55,202 nucleotides of DNA from a bacterium (GTDB taxonomy: Bacteria; Patescibacteriota; Minisyncoccia; Minisyncoccales; GCA-002788555), in the NCBI GenBank assembly GCA_021158595.1, contig JAGGUF010000072.1, forward strand, positions 1 through 55,202. Reading direction: 5' to 3'. Numbering within the stretch: the stretch's first letter is position 1; every line of letters begins with the position of its first letter. Shown one piece after another: positions 1-9,675 of the stretch. Under the pieces are notes generated by a model. That model was not told the origin of the DNA and ran no database searches. It saw nothing but the letters and a program-made list of their open reading frames with translations. Made by a program: the position numbers and the translations under genes.

Positions 1-20
1 TCATTTTTCCTATATTTTTT

Positions 21-200
21 CCTTTCCCCACCTTAATCCTCCCCCTCCCAGAGGGAGGAGGAGGATTTGAAGAAATCCCTAATTTCCTTTTCTTTCCAAA
101 GGAAGGGAAAATTTGGGGAGATCCCTAATTTCCCTTTTTGGGAGGAATACCCCACCCTAATTTCCTCTCCCTTCTTAATAGGAAGGAAAACCCTCTTTCA
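21..200. repeat. Cluster of polypyrimidine/polypurine hairpin repeats (family core copy at 31-75); may be truncated by the window edge
   Basis: CCTTAATCCTCCCCCTCCC-AGAG-GGAGGAGGAGGATT, followed by two weaker Y/R hairpins (TTTCCTTTTCTTTCC-AAA-GGAAGGGAAAA; CCTCTCCCTTC-TTAATA-GGAAGGAAAA). Same core as at 4360, 41738 and 49242. Confidence 0.8.
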
Positions 201-251
201 TTGCTAAAATGTCAAAATGTTAGAATGTTAGAATGTTAGAATGCTTATATG

Positions 252-1379
252 CTAACTGCTAATGTGACTCTTGATACTCTCTATTATACCAATTCCAATA
301 AATAATGAAAGGAGACTTGAACCTCCATAACTTAAGAATGGCAAAGGAAGTCCAGTAATAGGAAGAATTCCAATATTCATTGCAATATTAATAAAGACCT
401 CTGCTCCCACCAATATCATAAATCCTGAGATCAATAGACGAGAGAAGTTATTTTTGCAATTTTTTGCTATTGTCAAAAGACGGAAGAAAAATAAGACAAA
501 CAAGAGAAATAAAACAAAGATTCCAAAAATGCCAAACATTTCTGCAAAGGTAGCGAATATAAAATCAGTATGGGCTTCAGGCAGAAATCCTAATTTGGCT
601 TGGGTCAACGGTTGGAAAGGTCCCTTTCCAAAAATCCCTCCCGAGCCTACGGCAATAATGGACTGTCTAATATGATAACCCGTTCCCTGGGGATCAAGAT
701 ATTCTCCTTCCGGATTAATATAGGGCTCAAGAAAGGTGGAAAATCGAGTCTTCTGCTCTTCTGTTAAGAATAGGTTCCAAATTAAAAACAGAGAAAACAG
801 ACCAATTACCATAATCATTAAGATATGCTTTTGCTTAATTCCAGAGGTAAGAAGAATTCCAAACCACAAAATTACAAGAATCATTGCTGAGCCAAAATCT
901 GGCTGAAAAAAGACCAAAAGAGAGGGAATAAAGGCATAAATAGCACTAAGAAAAATATGCCTTGCCTGATACATCTCTACATAACGCTGGGAGAAATATT
1001 TTGCAAAAAATAAAATAAAAATTATCTTGGTAATTTCTACCGGTTCGAACCTAAAACTGCCAAAAGAATACCAGGATCTTGTTCCTCTAATTTCCGAGGC
1101 AAAGAAAAAAAGCCCTGCTAAAAGCAAAACACAAAAAGAATATAAAACAAAGACAAAGGCTGAACTTTCCTTTAGGGCTTCTATATCTAAAAAGGAAAGA
1201 CAAAGGACAATAACAATTCCTATTAAGAGAAAAATTGTCTGATTACGAAAATAGACCCAATTCTCCCATGATAAAGAAAGACTATAGAGAACAACAAGTC
1301 CTAAAACAGTAATAAGAGTTGCTAAAACCAAAAGGATCCAATCTAACCTTTTTAGGTGAGAAGTAATTGACTTTCTCAT
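252..1379 (-). CDS. SEDS-family peptidoglycan polymerase (FtsW/RodA)
   Basis: 375-aa polytopic membrane ORF with the C-terminal SEDS signature LPITGLPLPFLSYGGSSLL. Its start overlaps (ATGA) the TGA stop of the upstream ORF. Confidence 0.85.
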   Translation of the reverse strand: MRKSITSHLKRLDWILLVLATLITVLGLVVLYSLSLSWENWVYFRNQTIFLLIGIVIVLCLSFLDIEALKESSAFVFVLYSFCVLLLAGLFFFASEIRGTRSWYSFGSFRFEPVEITKIIFILFFAKYFSQRYVEMYQARHIFLSAIYAFIPSLLVFFQPDFGSAMILVILWFGILLTSGIKQKHILMIMVIGLFSLFLIWNLFLTEEQKTRFSTFLEPYINPEGEYLDPQGTGYHIRQSIIAVGSGGIFGKGPFQPLTQAKLGFLPEAHTDFIFATFAEMFGIFGIFVLFLLFVLFFFRLLTIAKNCKNNFSRLLISGFMILVGAEVFINIAMNIGILPITGLPLPFLSYGGSSLLSLFIGIGIIESIKSHISS

Positions 1380-1807
1380 TGTCTTTCTTCGGCCCTTTGC
1401 CAGTTGATATTTGTAATTCTAAAATGAAAGGTTTTGCCAGGTTTTTCAATACTCAACTCCTCTTGGATTTTTTTCTCTTTATTTCCCTCCAGTTCACATT
1501 TTCCTTTCTTTTGGGTTAAGACCTCTCCCTTTTCATTTTTTATCTCTAAGATATAATCAACATTTTTGGCAATAAACCTTAAATTGGGATTTTTTATTTG
1601 AACAGAAACCTCATAGACAAAGGGAGGCTTTGAGTTTTTTGATTTCATTTGAATCTGAGGATCTGTAATCTGTAAACCTTCAATTTCTTCTAGTGGCTCT
1701 GGCTTTTTATAAAAAAACCAAAAAATGGCTGCAATGAGTAAAAGAAAAACCAAAAAAGAAAGGACAATATTTGTTTGTTTTATTTTTCTGCCAAAGGGAG
1801 TAAGCAT
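1376..1807 (-). CDS. Hypothetical membrane-anchored protein
   Basis: 143-aa ORF with a single N-terminal TM helix (IVLSFLVFLLLIAAIFWFFY). Translationally coupled to the SEDS gene. No recognisable domain. Confidence 0.5.
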   Translation of the reverse strand: MLTPFGRKIKQTNIVLSFLVFLLLIAAIFWFFYKKPEPLEEIEGLQITDPQIQMKSKNSKPPFVYEVSVQIKNPNLRFIAKNVDYILEIKNEKGEVLTQKKGKCELEGNKEKKIQEELSIEKPGKTFHFRITNINWQRAEERQ

Positions 1808-1809
1808 AT

Positions 1810-3474
1810 TTACTGAAGGGAATAGGTATCCTTAAGAGATCTTTCAATCTCAAAGGTTTTTTCTGTCCAGTTATCTGTTGCTGTTAGTTTCACCTTTTTA
1901 ATAATCTCTTGAGGAAGTTCTGTTGGGATAATTTTCAATTGGATAAGATACTCTTTAGAAAAATTAGAGGAGATGGTTCCAATATCTAAAACCAAGGTTT
2001 TTTTCTCTTGGTCAAAATTATATTTTACGCTTTGGGGAAAGAGTTTTTCTTCAAAAGAGACGCCTTCTGGAAGAGAGGTTTCTATCTTTACATTCTTTAA
2101 CTTATTTCCCTTATTTTCTATCTTAAAACCAACCACAAAAAGCCTTTCTCTTCCTACTTCCAAAACAGAATCAGAATTTCCAAAATCAAAGACATCTTTT
2201 GCCTGGTCTGGCAATGATTCTAAATCTGAATAAATCTTTTCATCAAAAGAAACCTTAGAAGATATCTTGGTCTGGAATTGCTTCTCAATGGTTCCAAAGG
2301 TAATTTTTTCTTTAATTACTGCATTTTCCTTTGAAAAGTCAGATTTTACTTTTACCTCAAACCCTACCATATCCTTTTCATAGGGACCAAGAGACAAAAG
2401 TTTAGGAAAGTTTTTATAAGAAAAGGTAACTGTTTTGCCCTCAACCATCCCTCCGGGGATTGCCTTAAGGGTGGAAAAGTCTAAAACATTACTTTCCAGT
2501 TCCACTTTTAAATTTAAATTTTTATAATAATTATCTCCCGTGTTTACAAATTCAATTATGTAATTTAACTTCTCTCCTGGAGAAGCAGCATAGTTGTATT
2601 CTCCATTTACCTTTCGAAAAACATCTAAGGTCGAAGTGGTAATTTTTAGTATCTTCTGAACAGAAGAAAGAGGAATAAATTCGTATAATCTCTCATCAAA
2701 TATACCAAACTCTGCCCTAAACAATTTTTCCTCCCCTACCTCTCCCTTAACCTTTCCTTTTATTTCTCTTTTTCCTGCCTCGTTTTCATTTAAACTTCCT
2801 AAATCAAAAACAAGTGAATTTTCTGTTCTCTTCTCATTCTCGGTTTCTTCTGAAACCTTTTCAAATCCCTCTGGTAAAAAAAGTCGCACCTGAACATTTT
2901 GTAAGGGAAAGGGAAAGCCAGATTGCCAGGTGAAAGAGATGGGAAACTCTTCTTCGGGATTTATTTCAGTAGGACAGTTCATAGAGAATAAAACAGAGGT
3001 TTCAGAAATCCGGGTAGAAAAAGAGGTTTGATTTTTAAACTGGGTAGAGAGTCCTTTGGGATTATAAATTAAGAATGCCTTGGCTTCTTTTACTTCCTCT
3101 TTTGTTCCAAAAATTATTCCTGAAAAACTCTCGCTCTTTTCTTTTCCTTTAGGAAGAATTTTAATTATTCTTTCTTCTCTTTTTTTAATCTTGCCATCCT
3201 TTGTAAAAACACCTGAAGGATACTCAAAGGTTAGATTGAGATTTTCAATGGAAACATTGCTTTGATTTTTTATATTTACAATCCAAGATATCTCCTTTCC
3301 AGAGGTTATCTCTTGGGGTCCTGAAATTTTAAGAATAATATCCTCCTTGGAGAAGGCATTTTGAAAAAAGAAAAAATAAAGGATAGCCCCTATCCCTACA
3401 ATTAGCAAAAATACAAAAAGGCCCAATGTCTCTTTTTTTGTCCAATGGATCTCTTGATGAAGATTCATATTCAA
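1810..3474 (-). CDS. Hypothetical large N-terminally anchored extracytoplasmic protein
   Basis: 554-aa ORF with an N-terminal TM helix followed by a long beta-rich sequence. Tightly packed with its neighbours. No motif recognised. Confidence 0.5.
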   Translation of the reverse strand: MNMNLHQEIHWTKKETLGLFVFLLIVGIGAILYFFFFQNAFSKEDIILKISGPQEITSGKEISWIVNIKNQSNVSIENLNLTFEYPSGVFTKDGKIKKREERIIKILPKGKEKSESFSGIIFGTKEEVKEAKAFLIYNPKGLSTQFKNQTSFSTRISETSVLFSMNCPTEINPEEEFPISFTWQSGFPFPLQNVQVRLFLPEGFEKVSEETENEKRTENSLVFDLGSLNENEAGKREIKGKVKGEVGEEKLFRAEFGIFDERLYEFIPLSSVQKILKITTSTLDVFRKVNGEYNYAASPGEKLNYIIEFVNTGDNYYKNLNLKVELESNVLDFSTLKAIPGGMVEGKTVTFSYKNFPKLLSLGPYEKDMVGFEVKVKSDFSKENAVIKEKITFGTIEKQFQTKISSKVSFDEKIYSDLESLPDQAKDVFDFGNSDSVLEVGRERLFVVGFKIENKGNKLKNVKIETSLPEGVSFEEKLFPQSVKYNFDQEKKTLVLDIGTISSNFSKEYLIQLKIIPTELPQEIIKKVKLTATDNWTEKTFEIERSLKDTYSLQ

Positions 3475-3482
3475 TTGTAAGA

Positions 3483-4247
3483 TTATACCACAAAAACTTC
3501 CTCTCCCAAAATCCAGGAAAGGAAAAATCTTGAAATTTCTTTTAACTCTCTTTCCTGAATAGGATTTATTCTTAGCCTTTTTAAAATCTCTTCTTTTTGA
3601 GAAATTATCAGTCTTAATACCTTAATACTGTCTCGAGAGATTTCTATGGCTTTTTTGTCTTTGTCTTTACACCTCTGGTCCAAAATCCCTCCTTCCCTGG
3701 CTGAGAAGAAGAATTTACCTGTTTTAATTTTACTCTCGCAGCCAAGACAATAATACAGTTCTGGCTTTAGGCCTAATAAAGAAACAAGGTTCCATTCAAA
3801 ATACCGTAAGATAAGAGAATAAATAGGAAAATTAAAAGAGTCAGAATCTGAAGGGTAACAGGGATAAAAAGAGAGGGTATTAAGGGTTTTTAAAAATAGA
3901 TTCCAGATTTTATTGTCTTTCTCCTGCCCTTTGAGTAATTTATCCATAAGGACAGCGATATAAAGCCCGGAGCGAAACTTCTTTATATTAGATTTAACAA
4001 CTGAAAAACTATTTTTTAAAATGGCATCGGTAGCGATATAAAAATTTTTGCCTTCAACAAACTCTACAGAGATGTAATTTAGAATCTGGAGACCACCTTT
4101 AAGTTTTGCCTTTATCTTCCTTATCCCTTTACCCAAAACCTCAATCTTCCCAAGGTCCTTGGTATAAAGAGTAAAAAGTTTATCTGCCTCACCAAGTTCT
4201 CTTTCTCTTATTACTATTGCCTCTGTTTTAGAAATTTGATGTTCCAT
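3483..4247 (-). CDS. recO: DNA repair protein RecO
   Basis: N-terminal OB-fold-like KTEAIVIRERELGEADKLFTLYTKDLGKIEVLGKGIRK; CxxC pair (YYCLGCESK); length 254 aa. Confidence 0.75.
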   Translation of the reverse strand: MEHQISKTEAIVIRERELGEADKLFTLYTKDLGKIEVLGKGIRKIKAKLKGGLQILNYISVEFVEGKNFYIATDAILKNSFSVVKSNIKKFRSGLYIAVLMDKLLKGQEKDNKIWNLFLKTLNTLSFYPCYPSDSDSFNFPIYSLILRYFEWNLVSLLGLKPELYYCLGCESKIKTGKFFFSAREGGILDQRCKDKDKKAIEISRDSIKVLRLIISQKEEILKRLRINPIQERELKEISRFFLSWILGEEVFVV

Positions 4248-4359
4248 ATTTTTAATAATATCACTCCACCCTCAATAAGAAAAGAGACTTATTTTGAATT
4301 TCTATAATTAAAAATTCTGGAATTGACTAAGGAGAATAAATAATGTTTAATAATAGAAT

Positions 4360-4488
4360 CCCCTCCCCCCTCCTTAATCCTCCCCCTCCCTGTGGGAGGG
4401 GGAGGATATAGGTGGGGGAGGGATTTCCCGCTCCACGCTCCACGCTTCAGGTAATTCTCAAACCCCTACCAAGTGGTTGGCAATTACA
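4360..4488. repeat. Hairpin-core repeat with extended flank (CACGCTTCAGG ... GGCAATTACA)
   Basis: Core 4360-4422: CCCCTCCCCCCTCCTTAATCCTCCCCCTCCC-TGTG-GGAGGGGGAGGATATAGGTGGGGGAGGG. The flank matches the reverse complement of 38248-38326. Confidence 0.85.
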
Positions 4489-4502
4489 GTATAGATTAAA
4501 AA

Positions 4503-5474
4503 ATGAAATCTAAAAAGAAAGAGAATCAATATGTAATTGGAGTTGATGCCGGAGCCACAAAAACTCTCAGTGGTTTGGCTAATTTAAATGGAAAAATTCT
4601 TGATCTTAAAGAAACCTCTTCTTCCAATCCGAGAAATGTAGGAATTAAAAAGGCTGCTGAAAATATCTCTTGTGGAATTAACAAATTATTAAGATTTAAT
4701 GCTGATAGGAAGGTAAAAAAGAAAATTGTCTCCATTTTTATTGGTCTTCCTGGTATAGCCGAAGAGTATAAAGATAGAAAGGATAAAATAACAAAAGAGA
4801 TATCCAAAAGATTACCGAAGGTTTTGAAGAATAAAATTATAGTAGAAAGTGACCAATTGGTGGCTTTCAGAGCAGCAACAGATGAAAAAAGAGGAATAGT
4901 GTTAATATCTGGTACAGGTTGCGTGGCTCATGGATGGGATGAGAAAAAGGAAGCGAAGTCAAGTGGATGGGGATACCTGGCTGATGAAGGCTCGGCTTTT
5001 TGGACAGGACAAAGGGTGCTTCAAGCAGTTCTAAAAGATCTTGATGGTCGAGGAGAAAAAACAAAACTAACCAAAGGTCTCTGCCAAAAACTCAAGGTAA
5101 AAACTCCTGAAGGATTGGTTAAAAGGGTTTATGAGAAAAATACAGTGGAAACAATCGCTTTGTTTTCTCTTATCTGCAACAAACTTTCTGCTCAGGATAA
5201 GGTAGCAAAAAACATTTTAAAAAAGGCTGGGTATGAAGCCAGTTTAGCGGCAAAAGTTGTCATCAAAAAATTAAATTTTCAAAGAAAAAAATTTCCTCTG
5301 GTATTAGCAGGAGGAATGTTTAACTCAGACATCTTTCTAAAGGCAGTTAAATTACATATAAGAAAAACTGCTCCCTTAGCAGACCTTATTGTTCTTAAGA
5401 AAAAGCCAATAATAGGTGCAATAAAATTAGCAATAGAATGTTTTACAAAGAGAAGAAGTAAGAATAAGTTGTAG
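4503..5474 (+). CDS. BadF/BadG/BcrA/BcrD-type ATPase (N-acetylglucosamine kinase-like)
   Basis: ASKHA-fold phosphate-1 motif VIGVDAGATKT and GTG motif LISGTGCVAHG; 323 aa. Confidence 0.55.
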   Translation: MKSKKKENQYVIGVDAGATKTLSGLANLNGKILDLKETSSSNPRNVGIKKAAENISCGINKLLRFNADRKVKKKIVSIFIGLPGIAEEYKDRKDKITKEISKRLPKVLKNKIIVESDQLVAFRAATDEKRGIVLISGTGCVAHGWDEKKEAKSSGWGYLADEGSAFWTGQRVLQAVLKDLDGRGEKTKLTKGLCQKLKVKTPEGLVKRVYEKNTVETIALFSLICNKLSAQDKVAKNILKKAGYEASLAAKVVIKKLNFQRKKFPLVLAGGMFNSDIFLKAVKLHIRKTAPLADLIVLKKKPIIGAIKLAIECFTKRRSKNKL

Positions 5475-5519
5475 TTGCCAACAAATCACTATCAACGAAA
5501 AGATAAGTTGAAGGATAAA

Positions 5520-5592
5520 GCCCTTGTAGTTCAATTGGATAGAACCTCTCCCTCCGGAGGAGAAAATGCAGGTTCAAGTCCTGCCAAGGGCA
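5520..5592 (+). tRNA. tRNA-Arg (anticodon CCG)
   Basis: Cloverleaf read by hand: acceptor GCCCTTG/CAAGGGC, D arm GTTC/GAAC, anticodon arm TCTCC-CTCCGGA-GGAGA, T arm GCAGG-TTCAAGT-CCTGC, discriminator A. Confidence 0.9.
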
Positions 5593-5620
5593 TATCTGGT
5601 TGACATCTATAGGTTCGGAC

Positions 5621-5648
5621 TTGACAAAATTTCTTAGAACATTAAAAT
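5621..5648 (+). promoter_or_regulatory. Putative sigma70-type promoter for secG
   Basis: TTGACA (5621-5626), 16-nt spacer, TAAAAT (5643-5648). Lies 60 nt upstream of the secG start. Confidence 0.4.
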
Positions 5649-5708
5649 ATTATCTTCTTATCCTCTGATCAAAAATTCCTTTTAGACCTTCGCCTACTGT
5701 TTTCATTT

Positions 5709-5924
5709 ATGGAGATTCTTTCCATTTTTCAGATAATTGTCTCTTTTTTGCTTATTGCCTCAATTCTCCTTCAGCAAAGAGGATCGGGTCTTTCTTCAGT
5801 ATTTGGAGGTAGCGGCGAAGGTGGGTATTTTCAGAAAAGAGGAATGGAAAAAATTCTTTTTAGAAGCACAATTTTTCTTTCAATTATTTTTTTCGCCTTG
5901 GCTATAGCAAACTTTGTTCTCTAA
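5709..5924 (+). CDS. secG: Preprotein translocase subunit SecG
   Basis: 71 aa with two TM helices and the typical LLQQRGSGLSSVFGGSG loop. Confidence 0.8.
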   Translation: MEILSIFQIIVSFLLIASILLQQRGSGLSSVFGGSGEGGYFQKRGMEKILFRSTIFLSIIFFALAIANFVL

Positions 5925-6020
5925 AAGAGAGGTTTTTAGAAGGAGAAAAATAATTTACTGTTAAGAAATATTAGAAGCCCAACTCAAAAACTAATTAAGA
6001 TAAGAGATTTCTTTGAGAGA

Positions 6021-7754
6021 TTGTTTTACCTTGAGAAATGGAAGAAAAACAAGAATAAGTGGCCGTCAAAAAGACAGTGGTTTTCTTTTTTCACTGTTAT
6101 TTCAAAAAGAGAAAAAACCCTCTTTTTTCTCTTTTTATTTTCAGGTATCCTCTCTTTAATTTTTTGGCATCATTTCTCTTATTTAGAGAATACTGAACTT
6201 CAACCAGCCGAGGGAGGAATTCTAAAAGAAGCAATAGTAGGACAACCTCAGTCTTTAAATCCTATTCTCTCCTTGCTAAATGATGCTGATAGAGACATTT
6301 CTGAACTTACCTTTGCCGGCCTTTTAAACTATGACAAAAATGGAAATTTGGTTTGCGATCTCTGTGAGAAATATGAAATAACTGATAAGGGAAAGGGTTT
6401 CGAATTTACCCTAAAGAAGAATCTTCTTTGGTCAGATAACAAAAAAATTACTGCTAACGATGTAGTCTTTACTATAGAAACTATTCAAAATCCAGAAATC
6501 CAGAGTCCTCTAAAACTCGTATGGAAAGATGTAAAGGTAGAAGCCATAAATGAAAGAAAGGTAAAATTTACCTTAGAAAATCCTTATCCTCTTTTTCTTA
6601 AAAATTTTACCTTAAAAATTATACCATCTCATATCTTCAAAGAAACCACACCCCAAGAATTTCCTACCATCTTAACAGAAAGGTTTGTTGCTTCAGGTCC
6701 ATTTAAAATAAAAAATATTGAGAAGGATAAAGAAAATAAAATTAAAAAAATCATCCTTGAAAGAAATCCAAACTATTATGGAAACTCACCATTCCTGGAA
6801 GGAATAGAAATAAGTTTTGTAAAGAACAAGAAAGAACTTTTGGGTATTAGAGAAGAGGAAACAAGTTTGTCTGGAATTTCAGCCGCAGAAAAAGAAGAAC
6901 TAAAAGAAGAGGATTTTAATTTTTATTCCTTTGCCCTTCCCCGGTCTTTTGCGCTATTTCTAAACCAACAAAATGAACTTCTTTCCAAAAAAGAGATAAG
7001 AGAAGCCCTGGCTTCAGCCACTAATAAAAAGGAAATTGTTGAGAAGGTTCTTTTAGGAGAAGGAAGAATAGTAGATGGTCCCTTTCTTAAAGAAAACAAA
7101 ATTGGAGGAGAAATAAAAAAATATGAGTTTAACTTAGAAAAAGCCAAAAAGATATTGGAAAATGCCGGCTGGAAGGATACTGACAATGATAACATTCGAG
7201 ACAAAACAATTAACGAAAAGAAGTTTTCTCTAAAATTCAACTTATTTTTGGTAAAACAACCAGAACTTGAAAAAACAGCAGAGATTATAGAAAAAGATTG
7301 GGAAAAAATAGGAGTTAAGATAAATATAAATCCTATGGAACCCCAAGAACTTCTCCAGGAACATATTGAAAAAAGAAACTATGATATCTTGCTTTTTGGT
7401 CAAGACATCTCAATCATTCCTGACCCCTATCCCTTTTGGGCTTCTTCCCAAAAGGAATATCCAGGTTTAAATCTGTCTTTATATCAAAACCCGGAGGTAG
7501 ATAAAATTTTAAAAAATGCTCGGACAGAAAACGATGAAAACAAAAGAAAAAAACTTCTTCAAGACTTCCAATTAAAACTTACCGAAGATATCCCCGCAAT
7601 TTTCCTTTATAGTCCAAATTATATTTATGCTGTAAGAAAAGAAATCAAAGGAATTGAAGGAAAATATATAAATGATATTTCAAAAAGATTTATAGGAATT
7701 GAAAATTGGTATATCAATGAAAAAAGGGTACCGAAGAAGAGTAACCAAAAATAA
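6021..7754 (+). CDS. ABC transporter substrate-binding protein, family 5 (peptide/nickel type)
   Basis: 577 aa with an N-terminal TM/signal anchor; family-5 SBP-like blocks (LNPILS..., NPNYYG, AGWKDTDNDNIRDK). The ORF opens with TTG, so the exact start is uncertain. Confidence 0.65.
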   Translation: MFYLEKWKKNKNKWPSKRQWFSFFTVISKREKTLFFLFLFSGILSLIFWHHFSYLENTELQPAEGGILKEAIVGQPQSLNPILSLLNDADRDISELTFAGLLNYDKNGNLVCDLCEKYEITDKGKGFEFTLKKNLLWSDNKKITANDVVFTIETIQNPEIQSPLKLVWKDVKVEAINERKVKFTLENPYPLFLKNFTLKIIPSHIFKETTPQEFPTILTERFVASGPFKIKNIEKDKENKIKKIILERNPNYYGNSPFLEGIEISFVKNKKELLGIREEETSLSGISAAEKEELKEEDFNFYSFALPRSFALFLNQQNELLSKKEIREALASATNKKEIVEKVLLGEGRIVDGPFLKENKIGGEIKKYEFNLEKAKKILENAGWKDTDNDNIRDKTINEKKFSLKFNLFLVKQPELEKTAEIIEKDWEKIGVKININPMEPQELLQEHIEKRNYDILLFGQDISIIPDPYPFWASSQKEYPGLNLSLYQNPEVDKILKNARTENDENKRKKLLQDFQLKLTEDIPAIFLYSPNYIYAVRKEIKGIEGKYINDISKRFIGIENWYINEKRVPKKSNQK

Positions 7755-7759
7755 CTCTT

Positions 7760-7843
7760 GCCGAAGTGGCGGAACTGGAAGACGCGACGGCTTCAGGAGC
7801 CGTTGGACGTAAGTCCTTAAGGGTTCGAATCCCTTCTTCGGCA
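7760..7843 (+). tRNA. tRNA-Leu (anticodon CAG), type II with long variable arm
   Basis: Acceptor GCCGAAG/CTTCGGC, anticodon arm ACGGC-TTCAGGA-GCCGT, long variable arm, T loop GGTTCGAATCC. Confidence 0.9.
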
Positions 7844-7914
7844 CATTCAAGAGTTCAGTAATATCAGCACAACAAATAATAAAACTTAGGATCTCTAAAA
7901 ATCTTTCTTGAAAT

Positions 7915-9615
7915 ATGAAGGGAGGTTTCAATTTTTCAGCAATACCAAGTCCCTCTACTCTTAAAATCATTCCCCTTGGAGGTCTGGATGAAATAGGGAA
8001 AAACATGACCCTCTTTGAATATGGAGGAAAGATTTTAATTGTTGATATGGGTTTGCAATTCCCTGATACGAAAATGCCTGGCATTGACTACATTATTCCT
8101 AATGTCTCTTATCTTCAAGGGAAAGAGGAAAACATTTTAGGGGTTATTTTTACTCATGGTCACTATGACCATATCGGCGCTATTCCTTATCTTATCCAAA
8201 AGATAGGAAATCCTCCTCTATTTGCCACTCCCCTAACCAAAGGAATCATTTTAAAACGTCAGGAAGATTTCCCTTCAGCGCTAAAACTCAATCTACATCA
8301 GATAAAAAGGGAAGATGAAATTTCTCTTCCTCCTTTTATTATCAAAACCTTTCCCCAAAATCATAACATTCCTGACAATATTGGGCTTTTAATCAAAACT
8401 CCTGTAGGAAATATTCTGCATACTGGTGATTTTAAATTTGACCTTACTCCTATTGCTGACAATCCTACCAATATTTCAAAGATAGCGAACCTCTGTCAGG
8501 AAGGAATTTTACTTTTGATGTCTGATTCTACCAATGCCGAGGTGCCGGGATTTAGTCTTTCTGAAAAAAATATCCAAGAAAATCTTGAAAAAATCTTTGA
8601 GAAAGCAAAAGGAAGAATCATTGCTGCTACATTTGCCTCTCTACTCTCTCGAATTCAAGAATTGATTAACCTGGCGGAGAAATTTAGAAGAAAGGTTATT
8701 ATCGAAGGCTATTCTATGAAATCTGATGTAGAAATTGGGGTTAAACTGGGATATATTAAGATAAAAAAAGACACATTAATTACCCCAAGAGAACTTCGCC
8801 ATCTTCCCGACAGAAAGATTTTAATCATCTGCACAGGCTCTCAGGGTGAGGGAGATGCAGTTTTAATGAAACTTTCACATAAGGAACATCCATTTATTTC
8901 TATTAAAAAGGGAGACTCTGTCATTCTCTCTTCTTCTGTAGTTCCTGGAAATGAGAGATCAGTTCAGGAGTTAAAAGATCTTTTGTCTTATCAGGGAGCA
9001 AGAATCTTTCACTCTCAAATGATGGACATTCATGCTACCGGTCATGCTCAAAGAGAGGAACTAAAAATGATGATAAACATTGCCAAGCCTAAATTTTTTA
9101 TGCCTATCCATGGCAGTCGTTATATGCGAGAAATTCATAAAGAGATTGCCTTAGATCTAAAAATTCCGGAAAAAAATATTATCATCGCCCAAAATGGGAG
9201 TATAATTGAATTGAGGAAAGACAGCATAAAGATTAGAAAAGAAAGAGTGCCAGCAGGTTATGTAATGGTTGATGGTCTCGGTGTAGGAGATGTGGGAGAG
9301 GTGGTGCTTCGCGACAGACAAATGATGGCTCAGGACGGAATGTTTGTAATCGTGGTAATAGTTGATGCCTCAACTGGCAAGGTGGCTCAGAGTCCTGATA
9401 TTATCTCTCGAGGATTTGTTTATCTTCGAGAATCAAAACAACTCCTGCGAGAGGTAAGAAAGAGGGTAATAAGACTGGTAGAAAAAATAACCGTCTCAAA
9501 ATATCCTGCAAACTTTACCTTTGTGAAAAATAAAATTAGAGAAGACTTAGGAGAGTTTCTCTTTAAAAAAACCTCAAGAAGACCAATGATATTACCTGTA
9601 GTGATAGAAGTCTAA
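7915..9615 (+). CDS. rnj: Ribonuclease J (MBL/beta-CASP)
   Basis: 566 aa; LKIIPLGGLDEIGKNMT start, HxHxDH motif (FTHGHYDHIG), beta-CASP and C-terminal domain length typical of RNase J. Confidence 0.85.
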   Translation: MKGGFNFSAIPSPSTLKIIPLGGLDEIGKNMTLFEYGGKILIVDMGLQFPDTKMPGIDYIIPNVSYLQGKEENILGVIFTHGHYDHIGAIPYLIQKIGNPPLFATPLTKGIILKRQEDFPSALKLNLHQIKREDEISLPPFIIKTFPQNHNIPDNIGLLIKTPVGNILHTGDFKFDLTPIADNPTNISKIANLCQEGILLLMSDSTNAEVPGFSLSEKNIQENLEKIFEKAKGRIIAATFASLLSRIQELINLAEKFRRKVIIEGYSMKSDVEIGVKLGYIKIKKDTLITPRELRHLPDRKILIICTGSQGEGDAVLMKLSHKEHPFISIKKGDSVILSSSVVPGNERSVQELKDLLSYQGARIFHSQMMDIHATGHAQREELKMMINIAKPKFFMPIHGSRYMREIHKEIALDLKIPEKNIIIAQNGSIIELRKDSIKIRKERVPAGYVMVDGLGVGDVGEVVLRDRQMMAQDGMFVIVVIVDASTGKVAQSPDIISRGFVYLRESKQLLREVRKRVIRLVEKITVSKYPANFTFVKNKIREDLGEFLFKKTSRRPMILPVVIEV

Positions 9616-9628
9616 ATTTCTAAAATCA

Positions 9629-9657
9629 TTGACTACTTAATCTCAGGTTGCTATAAT
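9629..9657 (+). promoter_or_regulatory. Near-consensus sigma70 promoter with extended -10, upstream of the rpsF operon
   Basis: TTGACT (9629-9634), 17-nt spacer, TGcTATAAT (-10 at 9652-9657). Transcription would run through the whole repeat element at 9676-9983. Confidence 0.55.
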
Positions 9658-9675
9658 GCTTTTTAATCAAATATG

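Noticed and set aside
217-243. Three and a half tandem copies of ATGTTAGA downstream of the SEDS gene.
   Set aside because: It is a short AT-rich microsatellite adjacent to the repeat cluster, with no evidence of function. It is noted only as part of the AT-rich module repertoire (compare AAATGTTAGATGTCAAATC at 41618).
1376-1378. Alternative genetic code (UGA reassigned), as in some candidate phyla; this might have explained the odd RF2.
   Set aside because: TGA terminates well-delimited ORFs in ATGA overlaps (1376-1378, 16231-16233, 32815-32817). All conserved proteins are full length under the standard bacterial code.
454-5064. Assorted 60-125-aa ORFs antisense to or nested in long genes (for example 454-675, 1027-1242, 1973-2233, 4526-4807, 12667-12951, 44418-44792, 52509-52796).
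   Set aside because: Each lies wholly inside a longer ORF with a recognisable protein family or coherent membrane-protein composition. Their translations are K/F/S-rich low-complexity products, as expected from AT-rich antisense strands.
7680-8084. 134-aa minus-strand ORF.
   Set aside because: It spans the tRNA-Leu gene (the GFEPLR-type translation is typical of a T arm) and is antisense to the start of RNase J.
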